A stretch of DNA of 64,000 nucleotides from Mobula hypostoma (taxonomy: Eukaryota): contig NC_086109.1 of assembly GCF_963921235.1 (NCBI RefSeq), positions 25,236,001 through 25,300,000 on the forward strand, read 5' to 3'. Position 1 is the stretch's first letter. Every line of letters begins with the position of its first letter. This document shows, in pieces, positions 1 through 11,600 of this stretch. The notes beneath the pieces were generated by a model. The model saw only the letters and a list, made by a program, of their open reading frames with translations. It had not been told where the DNA came from and searched no databases. The position numbers were made by a program, and so were the translations under genes.

Positions 1-748
1 TATTAACTATAGTTGTATCTACAGTAGCTATCATAACTTCACTAGTTCTGTTTTTACTAAATATTGTAGAAGTAGCCGTTGCAATATTTCAAGCATGCGA
101 ATCACTTCCAGTTAGTTTCATAATAGTGTGTATAAAAACATGCATTACTGAGAAAGCTGCTGTGCTGGTAACCCACCACCACTCCATCCACGTCAGCCAC
201 TCCTTTCCACAGCCCCTCAGCACCCTTTGTCCCTCTCCCATGCACTGCAACTTTACACTCAAGTTACAATTGTACATTGTGTTTTATACGATTGCTTTTA
301 TATTTATATTTATTGTGTTTCTTTGCTTATTGTGTTTTTTTAATGCTGCATCAGATATGGAGTAACAATTTCTTTGTTCTCCTTTACCCTCATGTACTGA
401 GGAATGACAATAAATAATCTTGAATCTTCAACCTGGTACAAGCCACTTCCTCTGCAACGTGCGGTTGCAGCAGGAACCTAAAATGAACTTTCACGCCTTT
501 CACGAGAGCTTCTGCAGGAAATGAATATGATCTCACTGCCTCATGACATGAACTATCACGGTAATGTGCAGTGACCACCTTCAAGGGCTGGTGTTGACTT
601 TGAGTTTATTGCACCTTGTTGCTTAAGATTGTGGTGACTGATATTCACCAGTATAACCCACCTCTTTGCCCACCCATAATCAATCCCCTTTCCCACACTC
701 GTCTGAACTATAAATTGAATCTGAAAACAAAAACATGAAAAGGAAGTC

Positions 749-802
749 CAAAATGTGAAATGGGAAGGGACTAGACAAAATGTGAAATGGGAAGGGACTA
801 GA
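749..802. repeat. Exact 27-bp tandem duplication
   Basis: CAAAATGTGAAATGGGAAGGGACTAGA at 749-775 and 776-802. Confidence 0.9.
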
Positions 803-959
803 ACTGAAGTCACTAAGCCTATTGACTACGTGAATTGAATTGCAGCGAGAGAGAAGTTGACTGGAGTTCAGCGAGACCCTCTCTCACCTGCTCCTCCTTT
901 AAGATCTCTGTTGCTCACCAACTCGCTCAGACTTGCTACCATAGCTATGTGTCCACCCA

Positions 960-1206
960 TCACCTCCCAAATTTGATCTTCATTCCTCTCCCCTCCACCT
1001 ACCTGACTTCACCTTTTAGTCTGTATTCCTCACCCCCCCCCCGCCCCCCTCCTTCTTATCCTGGCTTCTTCCTCCTTCCTTATGAGTCCTGATGAAGGGT
1101 CTCAGCCTGAAACATCGACTGTTTATTCCTTACCATAGATACTGCCTGACCTACTGAGTTTCTGCAGCAGTTTGAATGTGTTGCTCTGGATTTCCAGCAC
1201 CTGCAA
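960..1206 (+). mobile_element. Penelope-like pLTR fragment with hammerhead motif
   Basis: Pyrimidine-rich tract, then AGTC-CTGATGA-AGGGTCTCAGCCT-GAAA-CATC-GACT (1085-1120) and the family tail ...GGATTTCCAGCACCTGCA. Confidence 0.75.
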
Positions 1207-1688
1207 AATGATATTTACGAAGGGGAATGTTTGGATTTTACGAATCTCAACACCTACTTTGCACCTTCAGTGCACCAAAACATGTTTCAAGAGAAAATAA
1301 ATGGCATCTGCAGAGGACGCAAAGCAATAGCAGATGTAGCAAATTATGATATAGCCCATGACAGTGGTAATGGAAAGAACCAGAAAGTCTGGACTCAAGT
1401 TGCACACTGGGGAAAGAAAAAGGATGTCAATTCTGGTATGTACAATACAGTGCATCCAGGCCTAGAAATGATACTTAATAAATTTTATTAACATTTCCAC
1501 AAAAGTTGCCTCTTAAACTTTTTAAGGGGAACAACTCTAGCTTCTGCAATGCTGTAACAGACCTTATTTTCCACGTACTTTATACCTTTTTAGTTACCTG
1601 CATCTTCTTCTCGACGGGCTTGACAATGATGCCTAAAACAGATTCAAAATTCCAGTTGGCTGAATAAGTTTAATTTGTACTGTATTTG

Positions 1689-2015
1689 TGGGCACGTGGC
1701 CAAGTGGTTAAGGCATTCGACTAGCGATCTGAAGGTCATGAGTTCGAGCCCCAGCCGAGGCAGTGTGTTGTGTCCTTGAGCAAGGCACTTAATCATACAT
1801 TGCTCTGCGACAACACTGGTGCCAAACTGTATGGGTCCTAATGCCCTTACACTTGGACAACATTGGTGTCGTGGAGAGGGGAGTCTTGCAGCATGGGCAA
1901 CTGCCGGTCTTCCATACAACCTTGCCCAGGCCTGTACCCTGGAGAGTGAAGACTTGAAGAGTGATGCAGATCCATGGTCTCGCAAGACTAACGGATGCCA
2001 ATAGTAATAAAATAA
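1689..2015 (+). mobile_element. tRNA-derived SINE with CORE-like central segment
   Basis: A box TGGCCAAGTGG (1697-1707), B box GTTCGAGCC (1742-1750), GTGTCCTTGAGCAAGGCACTTAA segment, A/AAT-rich tail. Confidence 0.8.
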
Positions 2016-2599
2016 ACATTCCTATATGCATTTAAATTGTCATACCATCTTCAAAAATGTATAAATCTCTAAAATTATATTTCATCTCCTATACATTTAT
2101 TAGTTTTATGTGCTATGATGGGAATTCTGAACAAATTTCATCCACTTCTTTCTCTTTCGCCTTAGATGCTACCTGAGTTATTGAGAATTTTAAGGATGTT
2201 TTGCTTTTGTTTTTGATTTCCCCCATTCACAATATTTCACTTATATAACATATATGTACTCCTGAGCTCTGATTCTATCACTTCTATGTGCAATATAGCA
2301 TCCTTTTTTTGGGAGGCAGATAGTGAGTTATACTGTATTTCATGACATGTTCCTGATCAATAATTTTATTATAATTGCATCATGTAGCTACAAAATGGCA
2401 GAAATAAAATAGGTACTATAGGCTGTGGTCATTTTATCTAACCAAGCTTTACACGGCAAGTTATTCTGCTGCAATGTAGACTTTTCATCAATGAATTATA
2501 CAAGCTAGGAGGCCATCAGTATTACACTATGAAAGAACAAGAGATCAAAAAACACTCACAAATTTGCCAGTTCTGGAGTAACTAACACCAAGATTGGCC

Positions 2600-3150
2600 C
2601 TCATTGGTCAAAGTTGGTCATGGATGTTGCTGTCTAGATATGTAAGCCTGGGCAGTACAATATGGAGAGGATGCTATAGCAAGCTCATCTTCTCCATGCA
2701 TCTAATGAACCGATGGGAATGGCAGCGATCAATACAGTTTGGCACCAGCTGCATCGCAGGAATTGCCAGTCAGCATTGAGCTCTATTTAGGACTGCCTTG
2801 GGGACTCCAGTTCTGGATTTTTTCCCTTGGGGTTTACTCCTGAAGACTTCCCCACCAGTGGGTACAGCCGCAAGGCAGTGGAGGTTTCAGATCAGAGTTT
2901 TCCTCCTAGCTGAGCTGCTAACAACGATTGGTGAGCCCCATCTACCCAAAGTGACTAGCTTTAAGGTGCCAGTAACTCATCCTTGCTCCTCCTCCTGTCA
3001 GTAGAAATGGTAGCTAAGCCACATGTGAAGGCCAGGAGCTGGACTTTGTTGTCACAAGCTATTTGAGATGAATGTCATTGGGAGCATTTAGTAGGTAGTG
3101 GAAGCTTATCCCCACTACCACCCCCCGGATATAACAACCTTAAGGAATCA
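2600..3150 (-). mobile_element. Non-autonomous repeat resembling an RTE-clade 5' region; partly homologous to the SINE at 1689
   Basis: ATACAGTTTGGCACCAG (~2732) is the reverse complement of CTGGTGCCAAACTGTAT (~1816); minus strand has CTAGGAGGAAAACTCTGATCTGAAACC, similar to a motif I associate with RTE 5'UTRs. Confidence 0.45.
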
Positions 3151-3979
3151 AAATTGGCAATAGATGTCTTATTAACATTGTACACCACTTCCAGTACAAA
3201 ATCTGATGGCGCATTCTTCTCCTAACTTAGTAGACTAAAAGGCAGGTACCAAAACTGTTGAGTTGTACAAAGGGATTTATTAGTTAAGATGAACAAAACA
3301 CAGAACTGACAATCAATTTAATACTTAAGCCTGAATGTTTTTAAAACTTTATTTAAAACTGAAAGTCTAAGAGAAGTAAGGGGCCTGTATTTACCCCAAG
3401 ATGTATGTACCAAAGACCTTCCCAGCCATGGAAAACTCATGTGGTGTAGTCACTGTTTTAGAAATTGTAGCAAACTATTTGATTGCAGTAAGGTCATGTG
3501 ACTCATTATAGTTTTATTGTCTTTCAGCGATAATGATCCCAGATCACTGGAGACACAAGAAGATGCTGATGAAGGCCGACACCCTGCATCAATCCTGACT
3601 GCAGGGTCTTGACCCAAAAATTCAACAATTTCTTCTCCCCTCTCCATCCCATTGCCCCTCCCCCCACACGCAGGTGGAGCTCGACTCACTGAGTTCCTCC
3701 AGCAGTTTGCTTTTCTATTTTAGCTCACTGTCAGGACATAATCTTTCCCTCAGGAGAGGCTTTCTCTTCCTGAAATATTGAACATTCTCAATGGCAAACT
3801 TGTACAGATTTCTGGACTTCATGGTTTTAGAAGGACATACTATATGAGTCTACAGTGGAAGTTTGCATAAGTAAACCACCTCAAGGACATATAATAGATT
3901 CGTTGTATCTGCTTTTCAGATTGCGTTCACTAGGGGTGAGAGTGCTAAAACCACTGCTTTTTATGTCTTAATGCACATT

Positions 3980-6040
3980 ATACGCTTGGACGTGCATATA
4001 AAGTTTCAAAGATTGTACGTGACGCCAAACAGGTTAAGTATTCTGTGTGTAATCTATCTGGTAGCTCTGAGACGTGGGTTACTCCTAACATGCCAGGTAC
4101 GACAATCTCTCGATTCACAGGATGGGCCAAACTGCTGATCCGGAAAAGACAGAAGGTAGAGGTGTGTGTTTCATGATACACTCTCAGTGGTGCTCCATTG
4201 TGGTGGATTTGCCAAACTCGTGTTTCCCTGAACTTGAACACTTAATGATCAGATGCCATGCTTCTATTTACCTAGGGAGATCTCATCCATAATCCTGACC
4301 ACAATTTATATATCACCAGCAGCCTACTATAATCAAGTGGCTGAGATACGGTATGATGCTGTCTCCAAACAAGAAACAATCCATCCCTATGCTTTCCCTG
4401 GCTTGTTTAAAGAAATCCCTGTCCAATTACCATCAACATATCATGCCCAGATCACATTTCAGGAAATCTGATCACTTGCCTGTCCTTCTCCAACCTGCAT
4501 TCAGCAAAGCTCCAGAGATTGGGACAACAAAGAGGTGTTGCAGAAGGCACAGGTACAACTATGGGATTGCTTCGAGTTGGTGGACTGGGCTGTGTTCAAG
4601 GACTCATCTGTGTATCTCAGTGAATGTCACAGACTTTATATAAAAAAAAGGTTGTAGGTGAGTATGTCCCCACAGATCATTCAGAGTCTTCCCCAACCAG
4701 AAGCCCTGGATAAACCATGAGATCTGCGATCTGCCTAGGACCAGATCAGAGGCATTCAGGTCTGGTGACCAAGAAAGTTACAGGAAGTACAAGTACGATC
4801 TCTGGAAAGCCATCTCATGAGCGAAGTGCTAATTCTGGACTAAACCTGAATCAACAAAGGATGCTCAACAGTTATGGTAGGGTATGAAGTAAAATCAAGC
4901 GACATAGGCAATAGTAGGGCTTCCCTTCCAGATGACCTCAATGTCTTCTACGCTCGCTTTGACCATCAAAACATGGAAGAACTGTCACAAACTCCCAAAG
5001 CCCTTGATGATTTTGTGATTTCAATCTCTGAAGCTGACATGTGAGCAGCTTTCAAGAGGGTGAACCCATAAAAAAGGCATCTGACCCATTTGAGCTGCGT
5101 GGCCAAGTACTAAAGACCTGTGTTGATCAACTCACTGGAGTGTTCGCTGAGATCTTTAACCTCTCGCTTCCGCAGCCTGAGGTACCAAGCTGCTTCAAGC
5201 TGGCTTCACTTCTACCGGCGCCTAAAAAGAATGTGGTGACCTGCCACAATAACTATCGTCCAGTAGCACTTATTTCCCCAGTGATGAAGTTTTTTGAGAG
5301 GTTTTGTGATGAAACGTATCAATTTCTGCCTGAGAAGCAACTTGGTTCTGCTCCAATTTGCCTACTGGTGCAACAGGTGCACAGCAGATGCCATCTCATA
5401 GGCTGTTCTTTCAAACCTGGAACATCTGGATAGCAAAGTTACATGTTATCAGGATGCTGTTTATCGACTACAGTTCAGTATTCACTACCATTCATCCCCT
5501 CAAAACTAATCAAAAAGCTTCAAGTCATTGGCCTCAATAATCATTTGTGCAATTAGATCCTCAAAGCCCTCAGACAGTTCAGATTGGTTAAAACATCTCC
5601 TTCACAATCTCCATCAGCACAGGTGCACCACAAGGCTGTGTGCTTAGCTCCCTACACTACTAGCTTTACAATTATGACTGTGTAGCTAAGCACAGCTCCA
5701 ATGACAAATGTTTTGTTGACGATACCACAGTCACAGGCACAATCAAAGGTGGTGATGAATCAGCATATAGGAGGGGAATTGAAAATCTTGCTGTGTGATG
5801 CAATGTCAGCAAGACCGAAGGGTTGATTATTGACTTCAGGATAAGGAAACCAGAGATCCATAACCCAGCCCTTATAGGATCAGAGGTGGAGTGGGTAAGC
5901 AACTTTAAAATCCTTGGTGTTATCATTTCAGTGCACATGTCCTGGGCCCAATACATGTGCAATTACGAAGAAAGCTCAGCAGCGCCCCCTACTGCTTTGG
6001 GAGTTTGTGGAGGTTCAGCATGATATCTAAAACTTTGACA
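3980..6040 (+). mobile_element. Decayed Rex1/Babar-type LINE (endonuclease-RT remnants)
   Basis: VLKTCVDQLTGVFAEIFNLSL, NNYRPVALISPVMK, RMLFIDYSS, FKILGV; many stops and frameshifts. Confidence 0.85.
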
Positions 6041-6256
6041 AAGGGTTTAGAGCTGTAGTCACCTCCCAAGTAACATACTGTATCATTGCTGAGGTGGTTT
6101 TAGGTTACAGGATAAAGTTTACAAGGCATCAACTCTCTGAGTTTTTTCTATTTGCACGTCGATAATTAAACACCAGATCAAATGAATGGTTGGGTATCCA
6201 TTCAGTTGCTTCTGGCGAGAGTGCATTGAGGGACAACCTCAGCTGAAGCAAGTAGG

Positions 6257-6490
6257 ACCATAAGACATACAGTGGGAGCAAAACTAGGCATTTTGACCCA
6301 TCGAGTCTGCTCTGCCATTCATTTATGGCTGATTCTCAACCCCATTTTTCTTCCTTCTTCCTTTAATCTTTGACATCCTTGCTAATCAACCTCCGCCTTA
6401 AACATGCCCAATAACTTGACATCCAGAGCTGCCTGTAGCAATTAATTCCAGATTCTTTACTCTCTGGCTAAAGAAATTTCTTCTTGAGTG
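6257..6490 (-). mobile_element. CR1 LINE 3' end fragment
   Basis: ACCATAAGACATA tail and CCCATCGAGTCTGCTCTGCCATTC shared with the CR1 end at 29682. Confidence 0.7.
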
Positions 6491-7158
6491 GATAGCCAAC
6501 AATTCTCCTTTCACCTGCTCATCTTCTTTCATCTGCTTTCTCACTTACAAAATTAGAAAGAAATGCCTGTCTTCCTACTTTTCATTCCAGTAATTAAATA
6601 ATCCTTCCTCTTGTCACAAACAGTTAGTTGCCTTAAAGACTGAGGACATGCAAAACCTTGATACTAATGTCAGATTAACAGCACATTCCTGCAGAAACAT
6701 TGAGAATCACACTGAGCCTTATTGAACTAAACTTCCCAGTGTTTCCTCAGAATGAAAAAGTTCTCACACTGAACATTGGTGAACAATTTAAACTGACTGG
6801 AATGGAGGTACAAATTCTTGTTAGTTCAGGAACCCATTTTTTTAGCCCCAAATTCCATCCTCCACATCAGCAAAACTGCCCTTACAAACCCTCACTGACC
6901 TGCCAAGGGCTGCTTCTCAGGACTTCAATGACAATTTGAACCCAACTTATTCGATCTTCCACCCACAAGTACTGGAAATATTTCAAGCAAAAGTTGGCAT
7001 CATCAGCCAGTGTGGTTGAGGGCAGGAGTTAAAACCAGCGTGTGAATCCCAATTTTTGTCCAGACGTTATTTTGAAACCTTTCTAAATTATCTCTGCAAC
7101 ACACATCAAAGTTACTGGTGAACACAGCAGGCCAGGCAACATCTCTAGGAAGAGGTGC

Positions 7159-7194
7159 AGTCGACGTTTCAGGCCGAGACCCTTCGTCAGGACT
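7159..7194 (-). ncRNA. Minimal type I hammerhead ribozyme motif, mirror copy
   Basis: Exact reverse complement of 7831-7866. Confidence 0.75.
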
Positions 7195-7830
7195 AACTGA
7201 AGGAAGAGTGAGTAAGAGGTTTGAAAGTTGGAGGGGGAGGGGGAGATCCAAAATGATAGGAGAAGACAGGAGGGGGAGGGATGGAGCCAAGAGCTGGACA
7301 GGTGATTGGCAAAAGGGATACGAGAGGATCATGGGACAGGAGGTCCGGGAAGAAAGACAAGGGGGGGGGGAACCCAGAGGATGGGCAAGGGGTATATTCA
7401 GAGGGACAGAGGGAGAAAAAGGAGAGTGAGAGAAAGAATGTGTGTATAAAAATAAGTAACAGATGGGGTACGAGGGGGAGGTGGGGCATTAGCGGAAGTT
7501 AGAGTAGCGACATCGACTTCTCTAACTTCCGCTAATGCCCCACCTCCCCCTCGTACCCATCTGTTACTTATTTTTATACACACATTCTTTCTCTCACTCT
7601 CCTTTTTCTCCCTCTGTCCCTCTGAATATACCCCTTGCCCATCCTCTGGGTTCCCCCCCCCGGCCGTCTTTCTTCCCGGACCTCCTGTCCCATGATCCTC
7701 TCGTATCCCCTTTTGCCTATCACCTGTCCAGCTCTTGGCTCTATCCCTCCCCCTCCTGTCTTCTCCTATCATTTTGGATCTCCCCCTCCCCCTCCAACTT
7801 TCAAATCCCTTACTCACTCTTCCTTCAGTT

Positions 7831-7866
7831 AGTCCTGACGAAGGGTCTCGGCCTGAAACGTCGACT
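7831..7866 (+). ncRNA. Minimal type I hammerhead ribozyme motif, intact core
   Basis: AGTC CTGACGA AGG-GTCTCGG-CCT GAAA CGTC GACT: stem I AGTC/GACT, CUGANGA and GAAA core, stem II AGG/CCT, GUC cleavage triplet, palindromic ACGT replacing stem III. Confidence 0.75.
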
Positions 7867-8341
7867 GCACCTCTTCCTAGAGATGCTGCCTGGCCTGCTG
7901 CGTTCACCAGCAACTTTGATGTGTGTTGCTTGAATTTCCAGCATCTGCAGAATTCCTGTTGTTTGCGTTTTTAAATTATTTCTGCTTTTGTTAGTTTGTC
8001 AAGTCCTAAACGTTGCCATGAGCCCACACCACCAGAGCACTGCTTCCACACACACTCATCTACTCGTTTTCTTCCCCCTTTTACCTTTCCATGCCATTAG
8101 ATAGATATCCCTCCTTCTCTCTCACCTGGTTCCAAAGCACCATGAGACCATTTGTTTTCCACATTCACCCTCCTGCCTCTGTCCTCCATCTGCCCTTCAG
8201 TCCTTTCCACTTTAGCTTCATCTATCACTTAGCAGCTCTATTTCCCCCCTCCCTTGTTCTGATGTACACTGGTGATCGATTCCATCTCAATTCTGATGCA
8301 AGGTCTTGACTGAAATATCGACTTACACCTCTTGCCAGTAC

Positions 8342-8729
8342 TGTCACGATGTGTGCTGTCACACTATTGGAACCCAAGTGTGAAGGAAGGACAGTCTCTG
8401 ATGTAGAGATGGCGAGATTTTATTCATAATAATGTCAAAAGAATATCGGTGGCTTGGCTGAGTGACACCACGAGAAGTAATACTTTCAAAATTAGGACCC
8501 TGTGATTACCGCTAATCAGGCATCCACAAATAATACAGGTAAAATGGCATCCCCAAGTCTATCAAAATAAACCTAACAATTTTAATCAGAAAACACCAGG
8601 AGACTGCATTACAAAGAGCGAGTCGCTAAGAAAAACACAAGAAACTCTGAAGGATTTATGACTCTCCTGAAAAAACCTCAGCGTTTTATGCTCTCTGGCA
8701 CCCCTCACATGCCTGAAGTGCTCATTACA
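8342..8729 (-). mobile_element. Probable solo LTR (388 bp) inserted in a decayed PLE repeat
   Basis: TGT...ACA termini; flanks AGTAC/AGCAC (5-bp TSD, 1 mismatch); AATAAA on minus strand at 8418-8423; host repeat resumes with AGATGCTGCTTAACCTGCTGAGTTC. Confidence 0.65.
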
Positions 8730-9284
8730 AGCACAGATGCTGCTTAACCTGCTGAGTTCTCCCAATACAGTATTCTGTTTTATTTTGTTCCTGAATCTTG
8801 TAGCACATTTTGTAAACAGTTACCATGAATTCCACAGAAATTTGACCCACTAAGCCCATGCCAATTCTAAAAGGATCATTCTCTGAACCCTGTTGTTATT
8901 TACTATTCCCCTGCCATCTCTCAAAATGCACCCCTTGTTTGCTTTTCTAACTATTTTTCCAGTTCTCCTAAAATTCTAAGTTTGCTTTCCACATGCTACT
9001 GGTAGCTTATTTCATGTCCTACCAACACTTAATATAATAGGATTCTCATAATATCTTTTGATGATAATCTTAGTTTTATGTCTCTTAACTATCAATTCAC
9101 CAAACAATAGAATCAAACCCAAGGACAGCTCAATAGGGGGAAGAATATTAAGTAGTCTAATTGATGGCACTTCAAAATATTTTTCTTAATTTTCTGTGTA
9201 TTTTGTCGGTTTTCTGGTCTTCAGAAACTTGGTAGCCAAAGGCAAGTGAGGAGTGTTGGTTCTAGCATGCCTTCACTTAGCATA

Positions 9285-9516
9285 TCCATCATTCTGTTAC
9301 TCAGCCTATCAATGAACCTGCTATTGATTCTGCCATCTATTCTGTTGATCAGCCAGGTTACAGACATTGCTATCAATCAGCCTGTTCATCAACCTATTCA
9401 CTCATCCTGTCAGTCAATTCATAACTTCCCCTGTCAATCAAATTGACAATCACCTATCCATCAACCTGTCAATAACCATGTTACTGATCCTATCACTCAG
9501 TCTGTCAATCAATCCA
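9285..9516. repeat. Degenerate minisatellite, ~12-bp period (ATCAATCAGCCTGTC-like)
   Basis: Recurring TCAATCA, CCTGTC and CCTATC units. Confidence 0.55.
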
Positions 9517-11039
9517 GATGCTATTCAGCAAACTTAAGTACAATGGCCAATATACTTCATTGGTTTTATATCCAAGATGGTTCAATTTCTTCCATTTAAT
9601 AATCAGGGTCACTTATTCATCCTGCACCTTATACACTTCTTCCCAAACTCAATTTACTGTGCTTCTAGCTAAAGAAATTACCCCAGAGGGTTCAGCCCTT
9701 CTTCAGACTAAAGACTCTGATCCTTGCAATCACCTCCACATAATTTCAACAGCCTTCCTGAAGTAAACATCCAAAATGTAACACAGTATCTAAAACTTAC
9801 CAAAGGTTATATCAATTTAACCCCTCTACCTTATACTTTATAGGCTTCAACAGTTTTTACAAAGTCCAGGTCAAAGTAAAATTTATTATCAAAGTACGTA
9901 TTTTGTTTATGTTCACACATTTCTAAAGTTTTTTGTATTCACGTCCACTAAACTGCTCTTCCCAGTATATATCTCCTCAAAATGATTTGTCCCCTTAATT
10001 GTATCAACTTACCATATTGCTTAAGTAATGCTTATTTAACTTGTGTGTTTATATTCACTGTTTTATTGCATTCTTTATGCTTGTTTTTTTTTGCTGTGTC
10101 GAATGTGCAGTAAGAATCATATTCTTGTCTCTACACTTGTGTACTGAAGAATGACAAAAAACATTCTTGAATCTCGAATCATGAAACGAGCTCCAGCAAG
10201 CTAAGTAAAATCTCAATCTTTCCACCAGATGTCAGTAAACATCCATGGCATGACACTCTTGAAATAAATAGCAATAGTAATCCATCATCAAACATAATTT
10301 CTTACCAGTATGTCACATTCAAAGCTTTTTCACTGACTTTCTTGTCCAATAGCTTCCCTCGATGGGCAATAATCTCTAATCAGTCAATGGCCTACTTATT
10401 TAAGTGTAACATTACAATAATGCAGGAATTATGACAATCAATTGTGTATAGCAAGCTTCCACAAACAGTTGATGATAATAACCAGATAATCTGTTAATAG
10501 ATGTCAGATGAAATATAAGTAATAGCCAGGACACCAGAACTGCACCTAAAATTCTTCTGTTTATATAGTTAGAGAACTTTCACCTTCTCATTTTTATAGA
10601 CACATAAAGAGCTACAGCACACATATTGCTACTTAAATTTCACTAAATGCACATTAACCATCAAAGACTCATTTTTATACCGATCCAATCCTAACACATT
10701 TCTCGCTTGCTTGGGAGGTTACAGTATGCCCAGAATCTCTGCAACTTTCTTCCTTATATCACTCAGCAAACAACAGGATCAGGTGATTTACTCAAATGAT
10801 GCCACCTTACAGAGACTTGGCTGCAAGCTGGTCATGAAGATGAATTGGAATGCACTGTAGCTGGCTGAGGGATATAAGGGAATATTGCAGTGATACTTGC
10901 CACAATTGTCCAAACACATGAGGAATGTGTTAGGGTAGAGTTGGTGTAAAAATGATACCAAGATGGTCAGCATGGACTCGGTTGGCCTGTTTCTATGCCA
11001 TATGACTATACGACTCTGAAAAGGATAAAATTAGGTGAA

Positions 11040-11600
11040 AATACTGGGATGTTAGGTTGAAATTGTATAAGACATTGGTGAGGCCTAATTTAAAGTATTG
11101 TGTGCAGTTCTGGTCAGCTACCTACAGGAAAGAGGTGCAGAGAAAATTTACGAGGATGTTGCCAGGGCTTGAGGACCTGAGTTATCAGGAAAGATTGAAT
11201 TGGTTAGGACTTCATTCCCTACAGCATGGTAGACTGAGGAGAGATTTGATAGAGGTATACAAAATTATGAGGGATATAGATAGGGTAAATGCAAGCAGGC
11301 CTTTCCCACTGAAGTTGGGTGAGATTACATCTAGAGGTCATGGGTTAAGGGTGAAAGTTGAAATGTTTAAAGGGAACATGAGGGCGAACTTCACTCAGAG
11401 GGTGGTGCGAGTGGAACGAGATGCCAATGCAAGTGGTGGATGAGCAGTTGATTTCAACATTTAAGAGAAATTTGGACAGATACATGGATTGGAGGGGTAA
11501 GGTCCAGATGCAAATCAATGGGATTGGGCAGATTAATGATTCAGCATGGACTAGATGGGCTGATTGGTCTGTTTCTATGCTGTGGTGTTCTATGACTCTA
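11040..11600 (+). mobile_element. CR1 LINE 3' fragment
   Basis: LYKTLVRPNLKYCVQFWS...RRDLIEVYKIM...NFTQRVV; CTATGACTCT tail. Confidence 0.9.

Larger units (their letters stand above)
7096..7971. mobile_element. Penelope-like fold-back insertion: ~410-bp inverted arms, two hammerhead motifs, TSD
   Basis: Arms 7096-7504 and 7520-7929. Centre reads ATC GAC TTC TCT AAC TTC CGC TAA (IDFSNFR*, resembling a PLE ORF end). Flanks TAAATTATCTCTGC (7084-7097) and TAAATTATTTCTGC (7972-7985). Confidence 0.88.

Noticed and set aside
1689..1760. tRNA gene
   Set aside because: A/B boxes continue into a SINE body with no proper acceptor stem
7003..7974. Cluster of 65-171 aa ORFs on both strands (also 53498-53927)
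   Set aside because: Low-complexity translations of the palindromic PLE repeat
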